The notes: generated by a model from the letters alone, not told the origin. A stretch of DNA of 64,000 bases from an uncultured Gammaproteobacteria bacterium (GCA_964524845.1 CAZGFX010000001.1:139823-203822); one strand, 5' to 3'; positions 40,878-51,035 are shown, numbered from the stretch's first letter. Numbers and translations: made by a program.

Positions 40878-41942
40878 TCATTCCTTTATTTGGCGCAGCG
40901 CCAATCCAATAGGTACAGCAAGTGTCGGACCAAGCTCCAAAAGAAGGTTTTGGAGTTCCGCGTCATATCGAATAAAAGCCCACGGATTACCAATAAAACA
41001 AGGCAGATCGAAAAATTGAGAAAGCACCGATGGCAAGTATGGAACAAACGCTGTTCCACCGGTCAAAATAATCTTCTCGATAAATATTCCACGTTTATTT
41101 CTATATAGATCAAATATATATTTAATCTCATTAAAAAACGGACCTAATGCCTGCATAAACGGTTCAGGCATTTCTTTCATCTTTTCAAAAGTATTGGTCG
41201 AGAGACACAAGTCAACTTTGTATTGTTCGGCAATATCCTGTTCGACTCCCAGTGTGCGTGCGATAAGATCAGTGATTCGTTTGCCTCCAAAATTAATACT
41301 TCGAGTAAATATTGGTATACCACCATCAACAACAATAATATCAGTCGAATTATTTCCAAGATCAACTATAATAGAAGGTGTTTTCTCATTACCCATCAGA
41401 CTCCTGACAAGAGCAAACGGCTCTGATTCAAGAGCTATCAGCTTTAAACCAATTTTTTCGAATATACGTGCGTAGCGAGCAATAAGTTTTTTCGGTGCGG
41501 CAGTCACAAGTATTTTCAAGTCCTGTTTCGATACTGTTTTTTTATCAGTTATCGGATTTGAAACAAGTTTCCAATCAACGGTCACATCTTCAATCGGAAG
41601 CGGAATCAGTTTCGCTATCTCTGTTTTAATAGCTCGCTCAATATCTTTTTCCTCCATCAGCGGAATGGATATAAGAGAATTAAATACCGCAAACGTTGGA
41701 AGCGCCGCAACACATTCTTTTGTTTTTACGTTCGATTTTATAATAAGTTTTTTTATTATTTCCACAATCTCGTCTTGTTTTTTCGGATCATTGTTTCGAA
41801 TAACATCAGCATCAACCACGGCCGTCCCATATGTTGATAAACTTGGGCGACGTTTTTCAATAGCAAGCTCGACAAGCGCAATGCTTGACGAACCAATTGT
41901 TAGACCAAGATATGTCTGTTCTTTTGAAGAGAAAAAACCCAT
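40878..41942 (-). CDS. pilM: Type IV pilus assembly ATPase-like protein PilM (actin fold)
   Basis: N-terminus YLGLTIGSSSIALVEL plus the ASKHA/actin-like fold pattern; 354 aa. Confidence 0.85.
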   Translation of the reverse strand: MGFFSSKEQTYLGLTIGSSSIALVELAIEKRRPSLSTYGTAVVDADVIRNNDPKKQDEIVEIIKKLIIKSNVKTKECVAALPTFAVFNSLISIPLMEEKDIERAIKTEIAKLIPLPIEDVTVDWKLVSNPITDKKTVSKQDLKILVTAAPKKLIARYARIFEKIGLKLIALESEPFALVRSLMGNEKTPSIIVDLGNNSTDIIVVDGGIPIFTRSINFGGKRITDLIARTLGVEQDIAEQYKVDLCLSTNTFEKMKEMPEPFMQALGPFFNEIKYIFDLYRNKRGIFIEKIILTGGTAFVPYLPSVLSQFFDLPCFIGNPWAFIRYDAELQNLLLELGPTLAVPIGLALRQIKE

Positions 41943-42083
41943 ATATTAAGCGCTTTTATTATATCACATACTTTTTTCTTTTACTTCATAATTATCCTGT
42001 TTATACCCACATCATTTGTTTTGTACATTAAAAGTACGAAAAATAACGAGAGTTAATATAGGTATGGACAAATCTTATTTTCT

Positions 42084-44648
42084 GTGCTATATTCGAAGTA
42101 TATGAGTAATATATTTTCAAAGTTTACAAAACATTATAAGAAAATTCTTGAATCAAGCGAAAAAATAGCCGAGGAACTTGGGCACGATAAAATTCTCCCT
42201 GTTCATCTCCTATATACACTTTCAATTGAAACAGGGGCTGTTGGTTTTGATATTCTTCACAAACTTGGTCTCACATCAGACAAAATCAGACAATTTATAC
42301 CTGAATCATATACGAAGACTCCGCGAACAACTTCTCCACAAATATCAAAAGAAGTGAAAGATATTATTGTTTATTCCGTTAAGGTCGCTTTTGAATATGA
42401 ACACAAGTATGTTGGAACAGAGCACCTTCTTGCAGCAATACTTAATTTTAATGATGACACTATCAAAAATATTCTCAATACATTCTCAATCACTACTGAA
42501 AACATCAAAAATCAAATTGATCAACTCCTTGCAAGCACTTCAAAATTCAATTATATAATAGATCAAGAAGACACTCCTCATGCATTAAGCAAAGAAAGGG
42601 ATGCGCGAAATTCATCCTCTCAAGGAATTTTTGGTGCGGGAGGTATACCAGGAATCGGAGGAATACCAAAAGAAGAAATGTTGGAACTTTTCGCAAACGA
42701 TCTCACAGATGCCGAACTCCAAGAAACAATCGATCCTGTCGTTGGTAGAGAGTTTGAGATCGAAAGATTAATTCAAATCCTTTCTCGACGAACAAAAAAC
42801 AATCCTGTTCTTATTGGCGAACCGGGAGTTGGCAAAACCGCCATCATTGAAGGACTCGCGAAGAAAATACTCGCAGGAGATGTACCGTCCGTTCTTATTG
42901 GTAAAAAAATATATGCCCTCGATTTAGGGCTTATGATTGCAGGAACAACATATAGAGGAGAATTTGAAAACAGACTCAAACAATTCATCGAGGAGATAAA
43001 AAATCAGGGAAATGTAATTCTTTTCATTGATGAGCTTCATACAATAGTCGGAACAGGGTCGACATCTGGATCTCTTGATGTAGCAAACATGCTCAAACCC
43101 GAACTTGCACGTGGCGATGTTCGTATTATAGGAGCAACTACGCCAGCAGAATACAAAAAACACATTGAAGACGATCGAGCCTTGGAACGACGCTTCCAAA
43201 CTATTTTTATTGATGAACCAAACACCTCTGCTACAATCACAATACTTAAAGGAATAAAAAACAATTACGAAAAATACCATCGTGTCGCTATCACCGACTC
43301 CGCGATCGAAGCGGCGGTACATCTTAGTGCCAGATATATCACAAACAACCAGCTTCCGGACAAGGCAATTGATTTAATAGATGAAGCGGCGGCGAAAATC
43401 AAAATAAAAAGCGGAGCTACAACAGTGTTTTCAAAAATTCAACGACTTGAAAAACAACTTGATGATCTAGAGGCCGAGAAAGAAGCTTTAATTCTAAATA
43501 ACGATTTTAACTCAGCGCTTTCCGTAAAACAAAAAGAGCACGATGTACGAATCAAGCTTGCTTCATTATATAAACAACACGAATCGGAAAAAGAGAAAAT
43601 GATCGGTAAAATAACCGAACAAGATATTGCCGAAATTATCTCGTGCATGTTTAAAATTCCACTCGAAGAAATTACATCTACATCTTCTACAAATATCGCA
43701 CTACTTTCAAAAAACTTAAAAGAATGTATTATCGGACAGGAAGAAGCTATTGATGAGATTGTTCATACTATCAAACGAGCAAAAGCCGGTATAAACAATC
43801 CTCACAAACCACTCGCATCGTTCGTGTTCCTAGGTCCTTCAGGAGTTGGAAAAACTGCAACGGCAAAAGCAATTGCACGACAGATTTTCAATGACGAAAA
43901 AGCACTTATCCAAATAAACATGACCGATTTCTCTGAGGGTTTCACCGTATCGAAGCTTGTCGGTTCCCCTGCCGGATATGTCGGATACAAAGAGTCCGCC
44001 CTGCTTACCGATTCTGTAAGGAAAAAACCATATTCTGTTGTATTATTTGATGAGATCGAAAAAGCTCATCCGGACGTTTTTAATATACTTCTTCCTATCC
44101 TAGAAGAAGGAGAAATTACAGACGCCACAGGAAGAACTGTTAATTTCAGAAATACGATTATTATAATGACATCTAATATCGGATCAGATGATTTCAATAG
44201 ATATCAGCGAGAAGTCGGTTTCTCTGTCAAAGTTTCCGACACACCAAAAACTCCATTATCGCGTGATTTTGAAACGTTACAAAATAATGCATTAAAAGAG
44301 CTTAGAGACAGATTTCGACCAGAATTTTTAAATCGAATAGACCAAATTATAGTTTATCACCCACTCAATACAAATTCTCTAAAGAAAATTATAAAGAAAG
44401 AGCTTGGTGATCTGAAAAACCGTATCCTAAAACAAAAAATAGAGCTTTCATATGACAATTCTGTCATTTCTCATATTTTTGAACACACCGACCTCACCCA
44501 TGAAGGTGCACGAAACGTCGGAAAGACAATAGATCGCGAAATTACCACATTAATCGCGGATCGTATCTTGCAATCAGCTCTAAAACCGGAAAAAATGATT
44601 ATAACAACTGATAAAAAAACAAATCTCATACGCGTCACCTCTGGATAA
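42084..44648 (+). CDS. clpC: Clp/Hsp100 AAA+ chaperone, ClpC-type (two Clp_N repeats, two AAA domains, short M-domain)
   Basis: Walker A GEPGVGKTAI (domain 1) and GPSGVGKTATAKAIA (domain 2); short coiled-coil between them; 854 aa. Confidence 0.9.
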   Translation: MLYSKYMSNIFSKFTKHYKKILESSEKIAEELGHDKILPVHLLYTLSIETGAVGFDILHKLGLTSDKIRQFIPESYTKTPRTTSPQISKEVKDIIVYSVKVAFEYEHKYVGTEHLLAAILNFNDDTIKNILNTFSITTENIKNQIDQLLASTSKFNYIIDQEDTPHALSKERDARNSSSQGIFGAGGIPGIGGIPKEEMLELFANDLTDAELQETIDPVVGREFEIERLIQILSRRTKNNPVLIGEPGVGKTAIIEGLAKKILAGDVPSVLIGKKIYALDLGLMIAGTTYRGEFENRLKQFIEEIKNQGNVILFIDELHTIVGTGSTSGSLDVANMLKPELARGDVRIIGATTPAEYKKHIEDDRALERRFQTIFIDEPNTSATITILKGIKNNYEKYHRVAITDSAIEAAVHLSARYITNNQLPDKAIDLIDEAAAKIKIKSGATTVFSKIQRLEKQLDDLEAEKEALILNNDFNSALSVKQKEHDVRIKLASLYKQHESEKEKMIGKITEQDIAEIISCMFKIPLEEITSTSSTNIALLSKNLKECIIGQEEAIDEIVHTIKRAKAGINNPHKPLASFVFLGPSGVGKTATAKAIARQIFNDEKALIQINMTDFSEGFTVSKLVGSPAGYVGYKESALLTDSVRKKPYSVVLFDEIEKAHPDVFNILLPILEEGEITDATGRTVNFRNTIIIMTSNIGSDDFNRYQREVGFSVKVSDTPKTPLSRDFETLQNNALKELRDRFRPEFLNRIDQIIVYHPLNTNSLKKIIKKELGDLKNRILKQKIELSYDNSVISHIFEHTDLTHEGARNVGKTIDREITTLIADRILQSALKPEKMIITTDKKTNLIRVTSG

Positions 44649-44756
44649 ACACTACGCGCGCAAAAAAACAACCCAGAACGACACCTCATAAACATGTTAT
44701 GATATAAAAATCATAAACATAGCAGGTGTCGTGTTTTTTTATAACAAATAAACAAT

Positions 44757-45458
44757 ATGATTATCTCTTTCATAAAAAATTTTTGTAAAAACATTTCTTT
44801 ATATATAGCTCCGCGACGATGTGTTTTGTGTAGGCGCGAAATCGAATCATCATCGCTCTGTGAAATGTGTTTATCGTCTCTGGCTCTCGCGCCGCGCGGC
44901 TCGACACATGGTATTGTGCACAAAAACAATATAGATGATTTTGTCATTGGTACGCCATTTTCAACAAATGGCATACAAGAATTAGTTCATGCTATAAAAT
45001 ATGAATCTCGTGAAGATTGTGTTCCATATATTGCGGAAATACTTCTGCGCGAGCTCGCGCGGCGCGTGAATCTTTTATCAAAAAAACAAGAAGTAGTACT
45101 GGTTCCACTTCCTCTTCATCCCAGAAGACTTCGCGAACGTGGATTCAATCAAGCTGAACTTATAGCAAAATACATATCCGAAAAAACACATGTTCGATAT
45201 AGGACGGATATTGTAACAAGAAAAAAATATACTACTCCGCAAGCTTCTTTAAATGGTGTTGAGCGTTCATCAAATATATCAGGAGCATTCTCTGTATGCG
45301 CCACGGTGGCTGACGAACTGTTTTTCAAATCAAAAATAACATTTATTATTGTTGATGATGTTATTACAACCGGTGCAACCGCAAACGAGTTAGCAGGAAC
45401 TATCAAATCAATATACAAAAACGCCACAGTGGTTTGTGCCACCGTGGCGCATGAATAG
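44757..45458 (+). CDS. comFC: ComF family protein (ComFC-like phosphoribosyltransferase with N-terminal zinc finger)
   Basis: CVLC...CEMC zinc finger; PRTase motif IIVDDVITTGAT. Confidence 0.85.
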   Translation: MIISFIKNFCKNISLYIAPRRCVLCRREIESSSLCEMCLSSLALAPRGSTHGIVHKNNIDDFVIGTPFSTNGIQELVHAIKYESREDCVPYIAEILLRELARRVNLLSKKQEVVLVPLPLHPRRLRERGFNQAELIAKYISEKTHVRYRTDIVTRKKYTTPQASLNGVERSSNISGAFSVCATVADELFFKSKITFIIVDDVITTGATANELAGTIKSIYKNATVVCATVAHE

Positions 45459-45461
45459 TTT

Positions 45462-46016
45462 TTATATTTTAAAAATCCTTGAAAATGCTTCTGAAAAAGG
45501 AATATCGTCTTTTTCCTTATCTTCTTTCACAATGTCAATTAAAAAAGCTCTAATAGATACGGGATCCATGTCTTCAAGTCCTAGCCTAAGTCTTGAACGA
45601 AAACCATAAAAATCAACATATAAATCCTTTACATATGGTGGTTCATAAATAATATAAAATGATTTCATCGTCGAATACGGAATCAGTTTTTCATTGTAAT
45701 ATAAGCCCTCATCTGTAAAAATAACCGAGATCACGTCCGGTCCTTTCTTATGACCAAGAAAAATCGCAGCGGCACCGAGTACAACAATAATTGCGAATAA
45801 AAAATTCTCATCAATAAACGCATAAACCAAAAGAAGTATTGTAATAAAAGAAGCAATAACATACCACCACACCCCTCTGTCGTGATAATGAAATTCATCT
45901 GTAAGCCACGCAAAAAACACTTCTGTTTTTGTTTTTTTCAATATATCCTCTAGACGTTCTTCTGCGTTTTGTATTCGTTCTTCGCGATCTTTCTCGCGTT
46001 GTTCTTTATTAAACAT
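45462..46016 (-). CDS. Hypothetical membrane protein (2 TM helices)
   Basis: ORF with hydrophobic helices; no known domain. Confidence 0.6.
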   Translation of the reverse strand: MFNKEQREKDREERIQNAEERLEDILKKTKTEVFFAWLTDEFHYHDRGVWWYVIASFITILLLVYAFIDENFLFAIIVVLGAAAIFLGHKKGPDVISVIFTDEGLYYNEKLIPYSTMKSFYIIYEPPYVKDLYVDFYGFRSRLRLGLEDMDPVSIRAFLIDIVKEDKEKDDIPFSEAFSRIFKI

Positions 46017-46103
46017 AGGGTGATTATTATTAATGCTATATATAGTATACCAAAAAACAGTGTAATAGCATAGATATTGGTTTGGAGGAAAATAACAAAT
46101 AAA

Positions 46104-46703
46104 TTAGGAAATATCGTCAAATCTTTTCATTATTTCAGACTGTTTTTCTGATGAAATAATGTATCTTTCCATATTTGGCATTCTCTGTCTTGTTACCTCA
46201 TACATACACAGGGCCGCCGTGACAGAAAGATTTAGGCTCTGAATCATTCCTCTCATAGGGATGAAGATTGTTCTATCACAAAGCGAACGAGCCGTATCAG
46301 AAAGACCAGCGTGCTCGTTTCCAAAAACAAGAGCTATGGAATTATTATCAAAACGCGCCGAAAAAATATTTTCCGCGCTTTCATCAAGCGCGGTACCGAT
46401 GATCGTATACCCGTTCTTTTTTAAATCATTAAAACATTCTTTTGTCGTAGCATACTCATGAAAATTGAGCCACTTGTTCGCAGTTGCTGAACTTGCAGCG
46501 CCTTTTTTCTTAGGATTAAATCGATCTGTTTCCTCAAAAATAAAATAGACATCATCAATTCCGAATGCGTCACACGATCTGCACACTGCTTGAGCATTAT
46601 GCGGATCAGAAATATTTTCTATTACAACCACAATTCCTTTTTGTCTTTTGGATACAACTTGTTCGTACTTTTTCTTTCTTTCCGATGTAATCATATTTTT
46701 CAA
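46104..46703 (-). CDS. SpoU/TrmH family RNA 2'-O-methyltransferase
   Basis: VVVIENISDPHNAQAVCRSCDAFG...LVFGNEHAGLS...IPMRGMIQSLNLSVTAALCMYE. Confidence 0.85.
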   Translation of the reverse strand: MKNMITSERKKKYEQVVSKRQKGIVVVIENISDPHNAQAVCRSCDAFGIDDVYFIFEETDRFNPKKKGAASSATANKWLNFHEYATTKECFNDLKKNGYTIIGTALDESAENIFSARFDNNSIALVFGNEHAGLSDTARSLCDRTIFIPMRGMIQSLNLSVTAALCMYEVTRQRMPNMERYIISSEKQSEIMKRFDDIS

Positions 46704-47485
46704 AGAAGCTTACTTGTTCGAACATTTATTCTATCTTCTGTTTCTTTCGCAGATTTGCGATACGCACAATAATCACAAGATTGGGATGATTCAGGAATTA
46801 TTGAGCTTGTCAGACATTTTTTTATATCAAAAATTGTCGGTTCAATCCACGCATCATTCCCTATGTGTGGTAAAACAACTATGTCAAACTCGAGCTTTCC
46901 ATCAAATGCTTTTGCGTCTGTATTTCCGTTACAATAAACGAAATATCCTTTTTCAGCGACCGTGTATCCATTTCTACGAAGAAGCCATTGATAAAACTCC
47001 ATCTGTCTTTTATATCCTATTTGCCATGGTGCGTCTATCGATAACTCCTCTTCTTTTGAGGTTGCCTTATAATCGACTACAATTAACTCTCCTTCTGGAG
47101 TAATCCATATATCATCCGGAGCTCCCGTCAAAAGAAAGTTCGTTTCTTTATGAAAATACTCTACACCTCCCTTAAGCGCATCTCTCCACTTATTCATGTC
47201 CTTGTGCGCGAATGGCACGGCATCAATTCCATATGTTTGCATTAGAGGATGAGCGGTATTATCAGCCCTGTGAATATCAAATTCTTTTTTAAGAAGAGTA
47301 TCAACAGCTGAATTAAGATTAAAAGGAAAGCTCGGTGGACGATCAATTCCGCACCTGCGATCTAGATAAAAACACCGCTGACAATTCATAAAAAGTTCTA
47401 TCCGAAACCTGCTCAACTTATACGGTTCAGATGATTCGGGATTAAATACATTTCTAGTTCGTTTCGGATTATAATATGTTGACAT
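46700..47485 (-). CDS. PD-(D/E)XK nuclease superfamily protein with four Cys (Cas4/RecB-like fold, putative Fe-S); stand-alone
   Basis: Motif LIVVDYKAT (the D/EYK signature), N-terminal CQRC and C-terminal CDYC cysteine pairs. It overlaps the downstream SpoU gene by 4 nt (operon). Confidence 0.6.
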   Translation of the reverse strand: MSTYYNPKRTRNVFNPESSEPYKLSRFRIELFMNCQRCFYLDRRCGIDRPPSFPFNLNSAVDTLLKKEFDIHRADNTAHPLMQTYGIDAVPFAHKDMNKWRDALKGGVEYFHKETNFLLTGAPDDIWITPEGELIVVDYKATSKEEELSIDAPWQIGYKRQMEFYQWLLRRNGYTVAEKGYFVYCNGNTDAKAFDGKLEFDIVVLPHIGNDAWIEPTIFDIKKCLTSSIIPESSQSCDYCAYRKSAKETEDRINVRTSKLL

Positions 47486-47515
47486 AAAAATTCTTCTGGT
47501 ATCGCCCGTTAATAA

Positions 47516-48481
47516 TTACACGCGACTTTTAAACCATTCGATTGTTTTTTTGAGCCCTGTTTCAAAATCAACGATTGGTTTATATCCTAAAATTTTTTTT
47601 GCCTTCGATATATCAGCATGTGAATGACTTATGTCCCCTGAACGTGAGGGACGATTCTCGAGATCAAGTGGTTGATCGGTGTATGTTTCTATTAATTTCT
47701 TAATTTTGATGAGATCGACTCGATCTCCGCATGATATATTAAAAACATCTCCTCCAAACCGATTCGGATAAAGCATGGCTAGCTCAAGTGCGTGAATAAC
47801 ATTATCAACATAACAAAAGTCTCTCGATTGAGATCCATCGCCTTCCAAAAAAGGTTTTTTTTCATTTTTAATATACATGTTTTCAAGCCACGCAGAAAGA
47901 ACGGTCGCATATGAGGAATCGCCATACTGCCCTGGACCGAATACATTAAAAAAACGAAAACATACCGTATCAATATCAAATAAAGAGCTGAATATTTTAC
48001 AAAAAGTCTCTGCGGCATGTTTGTGTAAGCCATATGGTGTTTGTGGACTTGGAGAATGCGTATGTTCTGCGACAGGAAGAACTTCCGTATTACCATACAC
48101 GGCAGCCGACGAAGAAAACAAAAAACGTTTCACTCCATGATCACGTGCCTTTTCTAAAACATTGACTGTTCCAAAAACATTAACATGCGTTGTATGCGCA
48201 GGATGTTCTACGCTGTATGATACTTGCGGAAGCGCCGCCAAGTGTATAACATACTCTGGTTTATGCACACGAAAAATAGCCTCAAGATAATCGTCGTCAC
48301 ATATAGACCCTTCGTAAAATACAATGTCTTGATCACACCTGTCCCTTTTTCCAGTAGAGAAATCATCTATACCAATAATTGTCGTTTTTGGAAAACGATT
48401 TTTTAAATACGCCACAAGATTACTACCGATAAAACCGGCGCATCCGGTAACTAAAATTGTCTTAGGATCTGTCATAAACAC
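47516..48481 (-). CDS. NAD-dependent epimerase/dehydratase (extended SDR, GalE/UDP-sugar epimerase-like)
   Basis: ILVTGCAGFIGSNLV Rossmann motif and PYGLHKHAAE (YxxxK). Confidence 0.9.
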   Translation of the reverse strand: MFMTDPKTILVTGCAGFIGSNLVAYLKNRFPKTTIIGIDDFSTGKRDRCDQDIVFYEGSICDDDYLEAIFRVHKPEYVIHLAALPQVSYSVEHPAHTTHVNVFGTVNVLEKARDHGVKRFLFSSSAAVYGNTEVLPVAEHTHSPSPQTPYGLHKHAAETFCKIFSSLFDIDTVCFRFFNVFGPGQYGDSSYATVLSAWLENMYIKNEKKPFLEGDGSQSRDFCYVDNVIHALELAMLYPNRFGGDVFNISCGDRVDLIKIKKLIETYTDQPLDLENRPSRSGDISHSHADISKAKKILGYKPIVDFETGLKKTIEWFKSRV

Positions 48482-48563
48482 CTTATTATAAGCACACTAC
48501 ACGAAAGTAAACAAGTAATAATCAGTGCTTTTTATTAAATAATGCTTTATTTATCACAGTTAA

Positions 48564-49004
48564 TCACCTCCAGAAAAAATACCACGAAATAATTGCCACA
48601 ATAACTCCAACAACATATCCAAATGGAATAATTTTCTTTCCTTTTATCTTTATCCAGGGATAATAATCCGAGAAATCACTCCAAAACTCCTTAAAACGTA
48701 CGACGGGATTTACGCAATACCAACCAAAATCCTCAACAATTAACCCAATTGCATACGCCGAAACAAGAATACCGAAAAGTCTCGCATCCCATCCATAAAT
48801 AACCAATGGCAATGATAGAAGTAATGGGAACATTATGAAGAAAAGGAAAAAATGATATCCTGAAAGAACAAATCTTTTGCCAATGCGCAAACTCCATCCC
48901 AACTTCTCTTTGTTCCACGCATTTCTACCTTCAACATACGCCTCCCAAAAAGAAGTGGCGAACATCGCTAGACACACCCACAAAATAATTAAAAATGTAT
49001 GCAT
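48564..49004 (-). CDS. Hypothetical small membrane protein
   Basis: ORF with 3-4 hydrophobic helices. Confidence 0.55.
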   Translation of the reverse strand: MHTFLIILWVCLAMFATSFWEAYVEGRNAWNKEKLGWSLRIGKRFVLSGYHFFLFFIMFPLLLSLPLVIYGWDARLFGILVSAYAIGLIVEDFGWYCVNPVVRFKEFWSDFSDYYPWIKIKGKKIIPFGYVVGVIVAIISWYFFWR

Positions 49005-49016
49005 AAAAAATTAATA

Positions 49017-49577
49017 TTATATCTTCCTGCTGTCGTAAGCCCAGTGTAACAATGCTTGTCTCTGACGTCTATGACAATCCCATTCCATCGGATGACAGTT
49101 GTTTTTAATTTGAGATATGTGTCGCCTCATTGCTCTCCACCTCTTGATCTGTCTCGCATCTTCTTTAGGAATCCTGCGCCCCATATAATATCTGCAATAC
49201 CACTGAAACCAACCCCTAGGATCCTCATGGTGTATCCATCCTTTTTTTCTCCACACAGAAAGAGGTTGACTTGCGTTAACTCCAAAAAAATTAAGTTTCG
49301 GATCATGTTTTTCGTGACACAATTTGGCCTTCGAAAACCAGGTTTTTGGAAATTCTTTCTTGCAATCAGTCATATACTTCCCTCCGAAAACTCCTAAAAC
49401 AAGCATTTCTTGTGGAGTTAGGTCTGGATCAAAATCATCAGCGAAGTTTTTACCGACAGGCTCGATACATGTGTACTTATAATTTTTTTGCATTATATCA
49501 TTAACGACAACAACTCGTGGTTTGACACGTGACATATTATTTTTTCTTTTTATTATATTCTCCAAACACCTCAACAA
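49017..49577 (-). CDS. Hypothetical basic protein. The likely true start is the internal ATG at 49535 (MSRVKPRVVVV), which would place it immediately after the stop of the upstream ORF.
   Basis: Conserved-looking aromatic/Arg motif GWFQWYCRYYMGRRIPKEDARQIKRW. No family recognised by eye. Confidence 0.55.
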   Translation of the reverse strand: MLRCLENIIKRKNNMSRVKPRVVVVNDIMQKNYKYTCIEPVGKNFADDFDPDLTPQEMLVLGVFGGKYMTDCKKEFPKTWFSKAKLCHEKHDPKLNFFGVNASQPLSVWRKKGWIHHEDPRGWFQWYCRYYMGRRIPKEDARQIKRWRAMRRHISQIKNNCHPMEWDCHRRQRQALLHWAYDSRKI

Positions 49578-49902
49578 ATTTTTTAAGGTGTGGATGCTCC
49601 TTTTCTTCCGGACCCCACCTTACACAACTGATTTCGTCTTCTGTTAAAGACTCTCCGAACAGTTGTTCCAATAAATTAATAGAAGTACCACCAAAAGACC
49701 GAACACGTTCATAATCATCCCAATTAATTGAAGCTTCCGATCCATCATCTAGGAAGCGTATTAGTCTCGGACCGAAAGATTGTGCCCACCTACCATCTAT
49801 TTTTATGATATCAAGCGCATTTGGGTGAGGTGTTTCAGTAAATATATCTTTGTTTTCTATACCCATAAAATATTTAATGTTTTTTAAAACACTATAAAAC
49901 AC
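49537..49902 (-). CDS. Hypothetical protein (121 aa), translationally coupled to the downstream ORF
   Basis: ORF only; stop adjacent to the next ATG. Confidence 0.5.
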   Translation of the reverse strand: MFYSVLKNIKYFMGIENKDIFTETPHPNALDIIKIDGRWAQSFGPRLIRFLDDGSEASINWDDYERVRSFGGTSINLLEQLFGESLTEDEISCVRWGPEEKEHPHLKKFVEVFGEYNKKKK

Positions 49903-49926
49903 TAACTACAAAACACTACCAAAACA

Positions 49927-50514
49927 CTACTTTGTCGCGAGCGCATGCACGCGCGCGAGCATGCGCTCGCGATCCTGATCCGTCTTTTTTCTCATCACAT
50001 CAAACAGTGTAAACGATTTTATTTTAATTCCACAGAAAGAAAGTGTTTTTTTGAAAATCTTTTTAAAAGGGCTGCCGATTAAAAAATAATAAAACGCTGG
50101 ACCATCACACGTCATAAATATACGAGCTGTTTTCCCCTTAAGAAGTCCAATTAGACGTCCGTTCTGGCTATATTTAAATGCGAAACCACTTGAAAAATTT
50201 ATATCAAAAAAATTTTTCATTACAGAAGGAACGTTCATCCACCACATAGGACAAACGAAGACAAGTTCATCAGCATCAGTAATTTTCTTCTGCAATATTT
50301 GTTTAACCGAATCATTTGGCAATTCACGAGCATTTTCAAACTTCAAAAAATCCTGCTTATATTCATTCGAGTAAAGATCTACTATTTCAAAATTACCTCC
50401 TTTTTCTCTTACTCCGCTTGAGTATTTTTCAGCAATCAGGTGTGTAAAACCTTTTGAAGAAGGGTGTGCTGTAATAATCAGTGTTTTCATAATTGTAATA
50501 ATTAACATCTTCAT
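49927..50514 (-). CDS. Flavodoxin-like fold NAD(P)H-dependent FMN oxidoreductase (NQO/AzoR-like). An alternative start sits at the third Met (about 50490).
   Basis: MKTLIITAHPSSKGFTHLIAEKY... is typical of the flavodoxin_2/NAD(P)H dehydrogenase (quinone) family. Confidence 0.75.
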   Translation of the reverse strand: MKMLIITIMKTLIITAHPSSKGFTHLIAEKYSSGVREKGGNFEIVDLYSNEYKQDFLKFENARELPNDSVKQILQKKITDADELVFVCPMWWMNVPSVMKNFFDINFSSGFAFKYSQNGRLIGLLKGKTARIFMTCDGPAFYYFLIGSPFKKIFKKTLSFCGIKIKSFTLFDVMRKKTDQDRERMLARVHALATK

Positions 50515-50596
50515 TGTATCAAATCACAGTAATATACAAAAACCCGCCTCAGTCCTTGATTTTACATCGTTTTTCATATATTCTATCAATGTTTTT

Positions 50597-50819
50597 CATG
50601 GAGAGGTGGCCCTGATACGTTCTAGCTAGCGCCAGAACTACAGGACAAAACCTTTCTAAAAAGTTTCTACTAGGAATTATTTGTTCTTTATAATATTATT
50701 TCATCATATGGAGAGGTGGCCCTGATACGTTCTAGCTAGCGCTAGAACTACAGGGCAAAACCTTTCTAAAAAGTTTCTACTAGGAATTATTTGTTCTTTA
50801 TAATATTATTTCATCATAT
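50597..50819 (+). repeat. Two tandem 111-bp and 110-bp units preceding tRNA-Ser. Each unit starts with the first 12-14 nt of the tRNA (atGGAGAGGTGGCC) and then 97-99 nt of non-tRNA sequence ending in a TATAAT-containing promoter-like segment.
   Basis: Direct reading: units at 50597-50707 and 50708-50817, with 2 mismatches between them. The third iteration is the intact tRNA. Confidence 0.85.
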
Positions 50820-50910
50820 GGAGAGGTGGCCGAGTTGGCTGAAGGCACCACATTGCTAACGTGGCAGGGAGTAAAATCCCTCGGAGGTTCGAATCCTCTC
50901 CTCTCCGCCA
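50820..50910 (+). tRNA. tRNA-Ser(GCT), class II with a long variable arm and encoded CCA
   Basis: Acceptor GGAGAGG/CCTCTCC, anticodon loop TTGCTAA, variable arm CAGGGAGTAAAATCCCTCG, T loop TTCGAAT, discriminator G. Confidence 0.9.
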
Positions 50911-51011
50911 TAGATTTGACAGGCTCGCCGTAGGTGAGGCTATCAAATCTATTGATAGGATAGAGAGGATGAGAAGTTTATGCCCGGAGTCACGAAGTGA
51001 CGAACGGGTAA

Positions 51012-51035
51012 ATCCTCTCCTCTCCGCCATAGATA
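51012..51035 (+). repeat. Exact 24-nt duplicate of the tRNA-Ser 3' end (aatcctctcctctccgccatagat; the original is at 50892-50915), 120 bp downstream. This resembles an att-like 3' fragment or a further tandem-repeat unit.
   Basis: Direct reading. The intervening 96 nt contains hairpins (gtcacgaagtgac). Confidence 0.85.
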
